DNA of 64,000 nt from positions 416,001 to 480,000 of the forward strand of contig JBMNIF010000003.1 in assembly GCA_050950765.1 (NCBI GenBank), in the 5' to 3' direction. The notes beneath the pieces were generated by a model. It worked only from the letters and a program-made list of their open reading frames with translations. It made no database searches and had not been told where the DNA came from. Made by a program: the position numbers and the translations under genes. Shown here piece after piece: positions 51,114 to 59,845 of this stretch. How positions within the stretch are numbered: the stretch's first letter is position 1; each line of letters opens with the position of its first letter. This DNA comes from Bdellovibrionota bacterium (GTDB taxonomy: Bacteria; Bdellovibrionota_C; UBA2361; JAAYZI01).

Positions 51114-52229
51114 ATGAATCAAAAAATACGTGCAGTTATTATGTGTGGAGGATCGGGGACCCGCCTTGCCCCACTTACAACAGAAACCCCCAAACAATTT
51201 TTACCGTTATCAGATCCACACGCTAGCATGATTCAACTTACTGCTAAGCGCATCCAACCCCTTATCACAGATGCTCTTACGGTTGTAACGAACGCCAAGC
51301 AAGCACACTGGGTTAAGGAGCAACTTCCACAAGCACAGATCATTCTTGAGCCTGAGCCGCGTAACACTGCACCAGCCATAGGGTTAACTGCGCTCTATAT
51401 GGATCCTGATGATGTCATGTTAGTTTTTCCGGCAGATCATATCTTTGCTAATGAGGAGATCTTGCGTGAACGTTTAGGTTATGCCGCAACCCTTGCCGCA
51501 TCAAACGACCTACTTGTGACATTGGGAATGCTTCCGACACATCCGCACACAGGCTTGGGGCATATTGAGAGGTCTGTTGCCATAGACAATTCACGCGCAA
51601 GCTACCGAGTGGCTCGCTTTGTTGAAAAACCTCCTTACGAAAAAGCCAAAGAGTACACCGAATCAGGGAGGTACTATTGGAATGGCGGGATGTTTGCTTG
51701 GCGCGTTGGGTTCTTTTTAGAACGCATGGCTCTTTGCGCTAAAGATCTCTACGCAGGTTTAATGCAGATTAAAGAATCTAAGTTAAGCCCTGATGTCATC
51801 GCAGAAATTTTCCCTCGTCTTCCGAAAATTTCTGTTGATTACGCCATCCTTGAGAAAAGTGCGGAATATACTGCCGTTATTGAGTGCAAAGATTTAGGTT
51901 GGAACGATTTAGGTGACTGGTCTGTACTTGGAGCGATCTGGGATAAAGATTCAAACGGTAATGCCATTAGAGGATCCGTCACTGTATCCGACTGTTCTAA
52001 TTGTGTTATGTGCAATCAAGGGCTAGGAGATCTTTCGGTATCAGGTTTACACGATGCCGTCATAGTCAAAGCACAAAACAGACTCCTGATCTCTCCGCGC
52101 AAAAGCACTCAACTTGTTGGCAAAACTGCTGAGACCTTTGCTTCCTGCACTGACACGGTCATAAACTTAGGAGTACCAAATATCTCGATAACGCAAAAAG
52201 ACAAGCGATGGATTATCGCTGCTAACTAA
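51114..52229 (+). CDS. manC: Mannose-1-phosphate guanylyltransferase (no C-terminal cupin isomerase domain)
   Basis: GGSGTRLAPL...PKQF, EP..RNTAPA, PADH, FVEKP, WN.GMF, ISVDYA.LEK, GWNDLG.W; AGGAGG RBS before ATG 51114. Confidence 0.9.
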   Translation: MNQKIRAVIMCGGSGTRLAPLTTETPKQFLPLSDPHASMIQLTAKRIQPLITDALTVVTNAKQAHWVKEQLPQAQIILEPEPRNTAPAIGLTALYMDPDDVMLVFPADHIFANEEILRERLGYAATLAASNDLLVTLGMLPTHPHTGLGHIERSVAIDNSRASYRVARFVEKPPYEKAKEYTESGRYYWNGGMFAWRVGFFLERMALCAKDLYAGLMQIKESKLSPDVIAEIFPRLPKISVDYAILEKSAEYTAVIECKDLGWNDLGDWSVLGAIWDKDSNGNAIRGSVTVSDCSNCVMCNQGLGDLSVSGLHDAVIVKAQNRLLISPRKSTQLVGKTAETFASCTDTVINLGVPNISITQKDKRWIIAAN

Positions 52230-52307
52230 AACGGCACTGTGTATAATTCTTAGTTATTAGCGTAAGATGCCTTTTTATTTTTCGTTTGAGGTCGAACAAT
52301 AGGTACT

Positions 52308-53684
52308 ATGAGATATCTTAAATCTTTTTTAGAATCACCCCAAAAGATATTTTTGTTACTCGCAACTGTTTTCGGCATACTGACCATCTCTTTTACCTCT
52401 CCATTCAAGGTCCCTGATGAAGCTGCGCACTTTATTAGAGCGTATGAAGTTTCTGAAGGTGTTTTTTTACCGACCATTCAAAATAATCTGACAGTTGCGC
52501 TATTACCAAAGCAATTAAAAGAGACTCTCGATGTCGTAGACAAGTTCGCTTTTTCAAATAGTAAAATAACTTTACAAGACTTAAATCCGAACGGTGCAAA
52601 AATTGATTATTCCGATAAAGTCTTAGTACGTTCTGCCACAGGGCAATACTCACCGTTTCCATACATAGTAACCGCCACATCCCTAAAAGTAGTTCGAGTT
52701 TTTAGCGATAACCCACTTACACTGTATTTTTGCGGTAAGATCATGGCGCTACTCTCTTGGACGACAATGATTTTTCTAGCGATAAAAATCATTCCTTTCG
52801 GCAGATGGTTAATGCTTTTATTAGCGCTCCTTCCGATACATCTATTTTTAGCACCTTCATTTTCAGCTGATTCCGCGATTAATAGCGCTACTTTTTTATT
52901 GATAGCCATTGTTCTGCAGCTACACTACTCAAAAGATACCGTTAAATATCTCCGTTTAAAGTTATGTACCGTTGTGTTCTTATTACTTTCAATTTGTCTT
53001 TCAAAAACAGTTTACATCTTTTTACTACCACTTTTATTTCTTATACCAGCAAGATATTTTCACAATCGCACCCGTTATTTTATATACGGCGGCTCCACCT
53101 TATTATTAGTCATAGGCGCTCACCTTTTCTGGTTTAATTATATTCACGGACTACATGAAGAGCGCGTAGCAAATGTTTTTCCAAAGGAGCAATTAGCATT
53201 TATTCTAAGCGATCCATCTGAATTTTTAAAAATTATGCTCACTTCAGCGAAAGACAATTTCTCCGGATATATCTGCTCTTTTATCGGAATTTTAGGCTGG
53301 CTGGATATCCACCTCTCAGCTTGGATTTACTGTACTTATCCCGTAGTATTACTTTCAAGTTTATTTTTTACGGATAAAAAAGAGATCTCCATACACTACT
53401 CCCTTAGATTATTATCACTAATCATTTTTTTGATAGGCGCGCTAATTATCGCCGTTGCTTTATATTGCACATGGAATCCACTTCGCAGCCCTGTCTTAAA
53501 CGGCATTCAAGGACGTTACTTTATATCATTTTCTCTCTTGGGAGCTCTCCCATTTTTTGCGCTGCCACACCTACACTACTATTGCAAACGGCAATGGGTC
53601 TTAGGTGCTTTTATAATGCTCTATCTCAATTTTGTCTGGGTCTGTGTGGAGGTAATTTTAAAAAGTAGCTACTTGTATTACTAA
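52308..53684 (+). CDS. DUF2142-like polytopic membrane protein (probable GT-C fold)
   Basis: P...PDE..HF.RAY, YSP..Y, S.D, G.LGWLD, GIQGRYF. Confidence 0.8.
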   Translation: MRYLKSFLESPQKIFLLLATVFGILTISFTSPFKVPDEAAHFIRAYEVSEGVFLPTIQNNLTVALLPKQLKETLDVVDKFAFSNSKITLQDLNPNGAKIDYSDKVLVRSATGQYSPFPYIVTATSLKVVRVFSDNPLTLYFCGKIMALLSWTTMIFLAIKIIPFGRWLMLLLALLPIHLFLAPSFSADSAINSATFLLIAIVLQLHYSKDTVKYLRLKLCTVVFLLLSICLSKTVYIFLLPLLFLIPARYFHNRTRYFIYGGSTLLLVIGAHLFWFNYIHGLHEERVANVFPKEQLAFILSDPSEFLKIMLTSAKDNFSGYICSFIGILGWLDIHLSAWIYCTYPVVLLSSLFFTDKKEISIHYSLRLLSLIIFLIGALIIAVALYCTWNPLRSPVLNGIQGRYFISFSLLGALPFFALPHLHYYCKRQWVLGAFIMLYLNFVWVCVEVILKSSYLYY

Positions 53685-53849
53685 GTTGTGCCTGCCCCAT
53701 TCAGAAAATATTTACCTCTAAGAAAAGACTTCTTTTCAATTATTTTCTAAATAGTATCTGGGATACTGTTTAGAAAAAAGATAATTTATACTATAAATCT
53801 AGATGAACTACTGAACCGACAATATATCTATTTTAAACAAAGGTTGATT

Positions 53850-54242
53850 ATGAAGCATATTTTCTCGTTAATACTTCTCTGTTTGACAGCATGTTCAATG
53901 ACTCCTGGTTATTCCTGTGAAAACGAACCACAAAGCACCATTCCAGTTTACGCTCACGGCTCAATTATAAAAGAGGTAAATGGTGTAAAAGTTAGTGCGT
54001 GGAGTCGCGGTGTTTTACTTGTTCCTGGTGAGAACACTTTATTGATAAAAGTTGATCCAACTAATTACAACAGCCTTGCTCCGCAAAATACCATCTACGA
54101 ATTGGAGATGACTGCCGTAGAGGGAAAGGAATATATTGTAACAAGTAAAACCGGTATCGGTCAGATCTGTGCTTGGGAACGTAATAGAATAACAGGTCAG
54201 CCGGATTATTCTGCTAATGCTGGCTGCGTTAAACGCCGATAG
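53850..54242 (+). CDS. Small lipoprotein, function unknown
   Basis: MKHIFSLILLCLTAC lipobox; ATG at 53850. Confidence 0.7.
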   Translation: MKHIFSLILLCLTACSMTPGYSCENEPQSTIPVYAHGSIIKEVNGVKVSAWSRGVLLVPGENTLLIKVDPTNYNSLAPQNTIYELEMTAVEGKEYIVTSKTGIGQICAWERNRITGQPDYSANAGCVKRR

Positions 54243-54484
54243 GGACTATCGGTGAAATCTAAAATTAGTACGTCTTATACGCGACATGATAATTTAGCAG
54301 GAAAATATTTTTTTTATGTTGCGCTATAAGCGTTTAACTGATGGAAGTGACAGCAGATACGCCATCTGTCGAGATTACATTAACCTTTGATTTTTCATTT
54401 TTACAGTAAGTTAGGAGCAAGTCATCTCGTTCACTAGATGCCACACTAGCGAGGAGGTTTTTTTGCTATCCCAATTAGAGGAAC

Positions 54485-55294
54485 ATGATTTATCGTATTC
54501 TGGAAAATATATTTATACTTTGTATAATTTCTGTGGTTTTTTTAGGTGTTTGGGCATTTTATATAGAACCAAATATGCTCGCAGTTACAAACTACAAGAT
54601 CAAAGATAAAAATTTAAAAGGGATAAAAATTGTTTTAGCTGGTGATTTCCATGTTGCACCTAATCAAGAAAAACGTTTACAGAAAACAGTCCAAAAAATA
54701 AATGATCAAAAACCTGATCTAATCTTATTAGTTGGTGATTTTGTATCGGGGCATGAACGAAAAATGACTCTGTCTGCTGAGGCTATTGCAAAAAATCTTG
54801 CTAATTTAAAGGCAGAGTATGGAGTCTATTCAGTTTTAGGAAATCACGATTGGTGGATAGATGGAGAGGAGGTAACACAAGAGTTAAAGAAAGTAGGGAT
54901 AAATGTTCTCGCAGATTCAAACATGACCGTAAAGATTAATGACAAAGTAGTTTACATTGCAGGTGTTGAAGATCTATCGACAAGGAATTCAGATATTCAT
55001 TCTGCACTGAAGGGAACAAAAGATCCAACGATTTTATTATCACATTCACCTGATATCTTTCCAGAAGTTCCAGCAGGTGTAAATTTAACTGTGGCAGGGC
55101 ATCTTCACGGTGGGCAAATTCGATTTCCATTTATAGGATTTTTATTTATACCGTCAAAATATGGCGAAAGGTATATTTATGGATTATTTGAAGAGAACGA
55201 TAAAAAAATGATCGTTACAAAAGGTGTAGGTAACAGCATTCTGCCATTCCGCTTTAATTGCAAACCTGAAATTGTAGTGATTGATTTTGAATAG
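54485..55294 (+). CDS. Membrane-anchored metallophosphoesterase (YkuE/YaeI-like)
   Basis: GDFH, GDFV, GNHD, LSHSPD, GHLHGGQ. Confidence 0.92.
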   Translation: MIYRILENIFILCIISVVFLGVWAFYIEPNMLAVTNYKIKDKNLKGIKIVLAGDFHVAPNQEKRLQKTVQKINDQKPDLILLVGDFVSGHERKMTLSAEAIAKNLANLKAEYGVYSVLGNHDWWIDGEEVTQELKKVGINVLADSNMTVKINDKVVYIAGVEDLSTRNSDIHSALKGTKDPTILLSHSPDIFPEVPAGVNLTVAGHLHGGQIRFPFIGFLFIPSKYGERYIYGLFEENDKKMIVTKGVGNSILPFRFNCKPEIVVIDFE

Positions 55295-55303
55295 GACTTG
55301 TCA

Positions 55304-55506
55304 TTGGTGCCACCCACCAGTACGACCTGCCATTTCGCAGCAGCGGTTTTTGATTTTGATGATTTTTATAAAGAAAATGGTGTTGATGCTCTGTCAACAC
55401 AGGGCGCAGAGCAGATATAATCACTTTGTGGGTGGCACCAGTTTTACCCCCGTAAAAACCTAGCCGATCCGCTTTGCAGTTCCAGCCCGCCCTAGCGTCC
55501 TTGAAT
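55304..55506. repeat. Repeat cluster 4: two cores in opposite orientation
   Basis: GGTGCCACCCACCAG at 55306 (+) and GGGTGGCACC at 55430 (-), the latter followed by a reverse C-type module. Confidence 0.85.
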
Positions 55507-55540
55507 CCTTTTCAATTTTATAAGCATCTAAAATTTAGCT

Positions 55541-55567
55541 TTAGTTTTATTACCGTTCTGCCGAATA
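55541..55567 (+). promoter_or_regulatory. Possible sigma28-like promoter upstream of the flagellin-like gene
   Basis: TTAG-N15-GCCGAATA, about 125 bp upstream of the ATG. Confidence 0.4.
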
Positions 55568-55691
55568 CATTAGCAAGGGAGAGCTCTTGTATTAGGGAAG
55601 TACAAAAAGAGAGCGCACGGATGCAAAACTTTTTATATAAAAACAGCTATCAACTCAAAGCCTCCATACTTAACTGTGACGGAGGTCTGCC

Positions 55692-57680
55692 ATGAGTACA
55701 ACTATCGGAAGCGTTATTACAGGTTCTTTCATTAACCTTTTTGGAAAATCCACTTCTAAATCTAAACTTTCTCTAAGCCCCCTTAGTTCAGGCGACAACA
55801 AAAAAGATGCAGTTGATTTTTCTACAAATCTAAGAAGCGGAGCTTCCGTTTATAGTAGAGCTATTAAAACCATCTCTTCAGGCGCTGGATATATCAACTT
55901 AGCTAAAGATACCTTGACTAAATTAAGTGATATCACAGACAAACTCATCACATTGGCAGAAAAAGCCACAAAAACTAGCGGAACAACCTCATTACGCAAG
56001 TTAAATCGCTCTTTCCAAGATCTCGCTGACGAATTTAACGATCTAGTAGATAATGCAGATTTTGGCGATCGTGAATATTTAACCATAGAAGGGCTAGAAC
56101 AACTCTTCACTGACATCGGACTCTCTACCAAAAATTCACGCGACTTAGCCACTTTATTTGACAACTTTATTATTGCAAATAAAGACTCTGACAAAACTCT
56201 CGCTAGTGAAATGATGAAACAAAAAAAACCGAGTCAGATACCATCAACTGCCTTTAGCAGCACTATTAATAAACCTTACGAAACACACCTTGCTCAAAGT
56301 ACAACAACATCCGATCCAAACATAACAAACAGCGCCGGATTTATTTCTTCCGTAAATACGGTGACACAACGAAATAACGCAACAGACCCCACCATTACAG
56401 AAATCACTTTCACCTCTGCAGAAACAGCTTCAGAAAACACACTTCAATACTCAGCAGGGACTACTTTAAAAACCATTTCACAATCTTCAGGCTACTCCGT
56501 AATTGAATCTACAGACGATCTAATTCTTGGTCAGAATACTTCCAACTATAAACAACTTTTCCTAATAGATGCTTCAGGAACGGTGCTGCACCAACTCACT
56601 AACATGACAGAATCAGTTTCCTTCGGTGAGGTTGCTATCAGCGACACTAATGACACTATTTACAGTTATGCTAATGCTACCACTACATCAGTGGTAAAAA
56701 GCTCTTTTTTAACAGCAGGCTCCGACCCTGCTACAAATATTGAAACAGATATAGAAAGCACCTCTTTAAGCTCTGATTTAAGTCTCTTTGACAATATAAA
56801 GATCAGTGCGGACGGTAGCTATTTAGCTTATCGTTCAAATACAAGCGGAACTTGGAAAACTCACCTCAAAGATTCTGAAACATTAACTTCTGATACAACC
56901 TTAGAAAATAACTCAGATATAACAAATTTCGGATTTATTGCTAACGATACACTAGCTCTGATTCAAGGCGTAGCAGGCAATCAAACGATCTCTTATTACA
57001 AAGATGGTTCAGACAATTTAAAAACAGTAGCGAGCGCCTTAAATATCGGACACTTTTCTACTGTGCAAGCAGATACAAGCAAAAAAAGCTTCATCTCATA
57101 TACCAGTAATGACATCTCGAGTTATAACGATCTCTACGTCATTGATGAAAAAGGCAATAACATTACTACCTATGATTTTGAAGCGAGTGATAATATCAGC
57201 AACTTCAGCATTGCAAGTAATGAAAACGGACTACCACGAATCGGGCTCTTCGGAACCCTCTCTGTAAATGGTGATACAGACTCAGAGATGTATCAAATAG
57301 ATATTTCAGGAGGACCTAAAAACATTAAATACACTACTAATGTTTCAAGACCTTTAAAAATATTTAGCAGCACATTTAGTTTATCTAACCGCGCCTCTGG
57401 TTACGTTGCTCTTGATGATCTAAAAGCTATAAAAAAACAGATCACAGAAAACCTTGAAAATCTCGATAAGATCCTAGATGTAATGCAAGAAAACGTTGAC
57501 CTCGTTCGCGCCACAGGCTTAGCTATGTTAGAAGTTGCAAACAAGATCACAAGCTACGATGATGCCGAAAGTGTTGCCAAATCACTCCGCTTGGAGATCT
57601 TAAAAACAGCTCCAACCCTACTTAACCAAGTCCACAACTTGGAACCTTTAGCATCAGCAGCCCTGCTTTACGAAGACTAA
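55692..57680 (+). CDS. Highly divergent flagellin-like protein with a large Ser/Thr-rich, beta-rich central insertion
   Basis: N-terminal LAKDTLTKLSDITDKLITLAEKA...FQDLADEFNDLVDNADFGDREYL and C-terminal ALDDLKAIKKQI...ANKITSYDDAESVAKSLRLEIL follow the helical pattern of flagellin N- and C-terminal domains. Confidence 0.6.
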   Translation: MSTTIGSVITGSFINLFGKSTSKSKLSLSPLSSGDNKKDAVDFSTNLRSGASVYSRAIKTISSGAGYINLAKDTLTKLSDITDKLITLAEKATKTSGTTSLRKLNRSFQDLADEFNDLVDNADFGDREYLTIEGLEQLFTDIGLSTKNSRDLATLFDNFIIANKDSDKTLASEMMKQKKPSQIPSTAFSSTINKPYETHLAQSTTTSDPNITNSAGFISSVNTVTQRNNATDPTITEITFTSAETASENTLQYSAGTTLKTISQSSGYSVIESTDDLILGQNTSNYKQLFLIDASGTVLHQLTNMTESVSFGEVAISDTNDTIYSYANATTTSVVKSSFLTAGSDPATNIETDIESTSLSSDLSLFDNIKISADGSYLAYRSNTSGTWKTHLKDSETLTSDTTLENNSDITNFGFIANDTLALIQGVAGNQTISYYKDGSDNLKTVASALNIGHFSTVQADTSKKSFISYTSNDISSYNDLYVIDEKGNNITTYDFEASDNISNFSIASNENGLPRIGLFGTLSVNGDTDSEMYQIDISGGPKNIKYTTNVSRPLKIFSSTFSLSNRASGYVALDDLKAIKKQITENLENLDKILDVMQENVDLVRATGLAMLEVANKITSYDDAESVAKSLRLEILKTAPTLLNQVHNLEPLASAALLYED

Positions 57681-57764
57681 AAACCTGACTTCCAAATACC
57701 AATTTAAGGCATCCACTTTTAGGTTAAATTCCATTTTCCCCTAATGTCTTGATATTATTAACAC

Positions 57765-58545
57765 CCCTGAAGGGTGGCACCAAATTTTTGACCTCGCTTT
57801 GCAGTTGCAGCCCGTCCTGCTGCCCTGAAGGGTGGCACTAAATTCAAGCCCAGCTAAATCTGCTAGATCTGCTCAAACTGGTGGGTGGCACCAGTTTTTT
57901 GACCCTCGCTGCTTCTTACTGGTGGGTGGCACCAAAACTGCCAAATTCTAAGTTTTTACTAACATCTTGATATTATTAGCTATTGTAATTTTGGAGTCTT
58001 TTAGCACTAAAGGGTGGCACCAAATTTTTAACCCCCGTAGAAATCTAGCTAACTCGCTCTGCAGTTGCAGCCCGTTCTGCTGTCACTAAAGGGTGGCACT
58101 AAATTCAAGCCCAGCTAAATCTGCTAGATCTGCTCAAACTGGTGGGTGGCACCAGTTTTTTGACCCTCGCTGCTTCTTACTGGTGGGTGGCACCAAATTT
58201 TTAACCTCCTAGATCTGCCCAAACTGGTGGGTGGCACTAAATTCAAGCCCAGCTAAATCTGCTAGATCTGCCCAAACTGGTGGGTGGCACTAAATTTTTA
58301 ACCTTCGTAGAAATCTAGCTAACTCGCTTTGCAGTTGCAGCCCGTCCTATTGTCCCTAAAGGGTGGCACCAAAACTGTCAAATTCTAAGTTTTTACTAAC
58401 ATCTTGATATTATTAGCTATTGTAATTTTAGAGTCTTTTAGCACTGAAGGGTGGCACCAAATTTTTAACCCCCGTAGAGACCTAACCGATCCCGCTCTGC
58501 AAGTTGCAGCCCGTCCTGCTGTCACTAAAGGGTGATACAAATTCA
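57765..58545 (-). repeat. Modular repeat array 5 (reverse orientation)
   Basis: 12 cores counted (8 GGGTGGCACC, 4 GGGTGGCACT) between 57772 and 58449; 88-bp module at 57924 and 58361; between convergent genes. Confidence 0.95.
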
Positions 58546-58546
58546 C

Positions 58547-59842
58547 CTACTCTTTCGGCAATAGCTCTTTAATAAACGTATGCGTCAATGACTTCTGCTT
58601 AATAATTGCGTAACAAGGTCCAGCTTCAACCGTGAAGTTTATAGTTTTCTTTTTTCTTTTATTTTTTTCATTATTCAGATTCAAAGCTACAATGAAAGGC
58701 TTTTTCATCACAATTTTTTTCGCCGTCATCTTAACTTCACCGGTAGAAACCGTTTTCTGATTCAATGAATTATGATGCACTGTTTGAAGGACAACCCCCG
58801 CACTAATACTTTCATTATTTATAGGAACGATCTTCTTTTTACCAAAAGGCTGGTACTCCAAAGTAACAGATGGATAATGCAACATTGATTCATCCATCGA
58901 AAATCTACTCGGCAAAATTTCATCTGAAGTTAAAATTTGTGCTCTGGCTAAACCTGGACCAAAGCCAGAGATTACCCCTGCCTGCACCTGCCCAACAGCT
59001 GTTGTTTCAACGGCAACCATCTCATAATTTGTATTATGCATCCCAGTATAACCGCCTTTAAATTTCCAAGGATCAAAATCTCGCGGGCATAACAACACGG
59101 CACGGGTATCACGTTGTTTAATATTCGGTATTATTACAACCATGCTTGTGTCATCGCGCCCTTTCAAAAAAATTCGTTGTTGTTTATCTACATCTGTCAA
59201 AATTCGATAGCCACCCCTCTCTGATTCTTTTTTCGGCATACTATGCCTCACCGTTAAATTATCACGATCTTTAAAGCGCGACCTAGGATCAACAATAGGC
59301 ATACTCGCCATCTGCTCTGCTAAGGGACGCTCCTCACTAAAAGATACAGATACATAATATGCGTTGGGTTTACCTTGCGGCACCTTCTCTCCTGCATACT
59401 GAAAACGAAGCGTCATCTCCTTTAATTCAGCATCCATAAAAAGAGTATCTCGCTTCCATTCTTTCCAAGGAGCCCCTTTATATAATTTAATATCATTCGG
59501 AATATCTAACTGAGTATCGGTGATAATACTCTCCAGCAACAATTTAAATTTATAATCCTCAACAGGAGTAACTTCATAGTGCTTAGCATCTTTAGCAAAC
59601 TCAACACGGGCACCGATTTTAGGAGGTGGCATTACTTCTTCATCCAACTGATCCAACTTCCTCTCTAGCGAATCAAACGAACCTGCTTTAGTAGGCGTTG
59701 GAGTAGCTTCCTCCTCCGTTACATCCAACAAACCTTTCCAAGGATCATCATCAGCAAAAAGAGGTGCAGTAAATAAAGAGGCTTCAAGTGCACCTAAAAT
59801 TAAGCCACTAAAAAACATTTTTTTCAGTTTTAAATTTTTCAT
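58547..59842 (-). CDS. Hypothetical secreted protein at the end of the mre/mrd operon
   Basis: Signal-peptide-like N-terminus (..PLFA/DDD); starts 3 bp after the rodA stop. Confidence 0.65.
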   Translation of the reverse strand: MKNLKLKKMFFSGLILGALEASLFTAPLFADDDPWKGLLDVTEEEATPTPTKAGSFDSLERKLDQLDEEVMPPPKIGARVEFAKDAKHYEVTPVEDYKFKLLLESIITDTQLDIPNDIKLYKGAPWKEWKRDTLFMDAELKEMTLRFQYAGEKVPQGKPNAYYVSVSFSEERPLAEQMASMPIVDPRSRFKDRDNLTVRHSMPKKESERGGYRILTDVDKQQRIFLKGRDDTSMVVIIPNIKQRDTRAVLLCPRDFDPWKFKGGYTGMHNTNYEMVAVETTAVGQVQAGVISGFGPGLARAQILTSDEILPSRFSMDESMLHYPSVTLEYQPFGKKKIVPINNESISAGVVLQTVHHNSLNQKTVSTGEVKMTAKKIVMKKPFIVALNLNNEKNKRKKKTINFTVEAGPCYAIIKQKSLTHTFIKELLPKE

Positions 59843-59845
59843 ATT

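Noticed and set aside
5741..58545. Integron attC cassette arrays
   Set aside because: No RYYYAAC...GTTRRRY-bounded hairpins recognised, no cassette ORFs between repeats, and no intI gene
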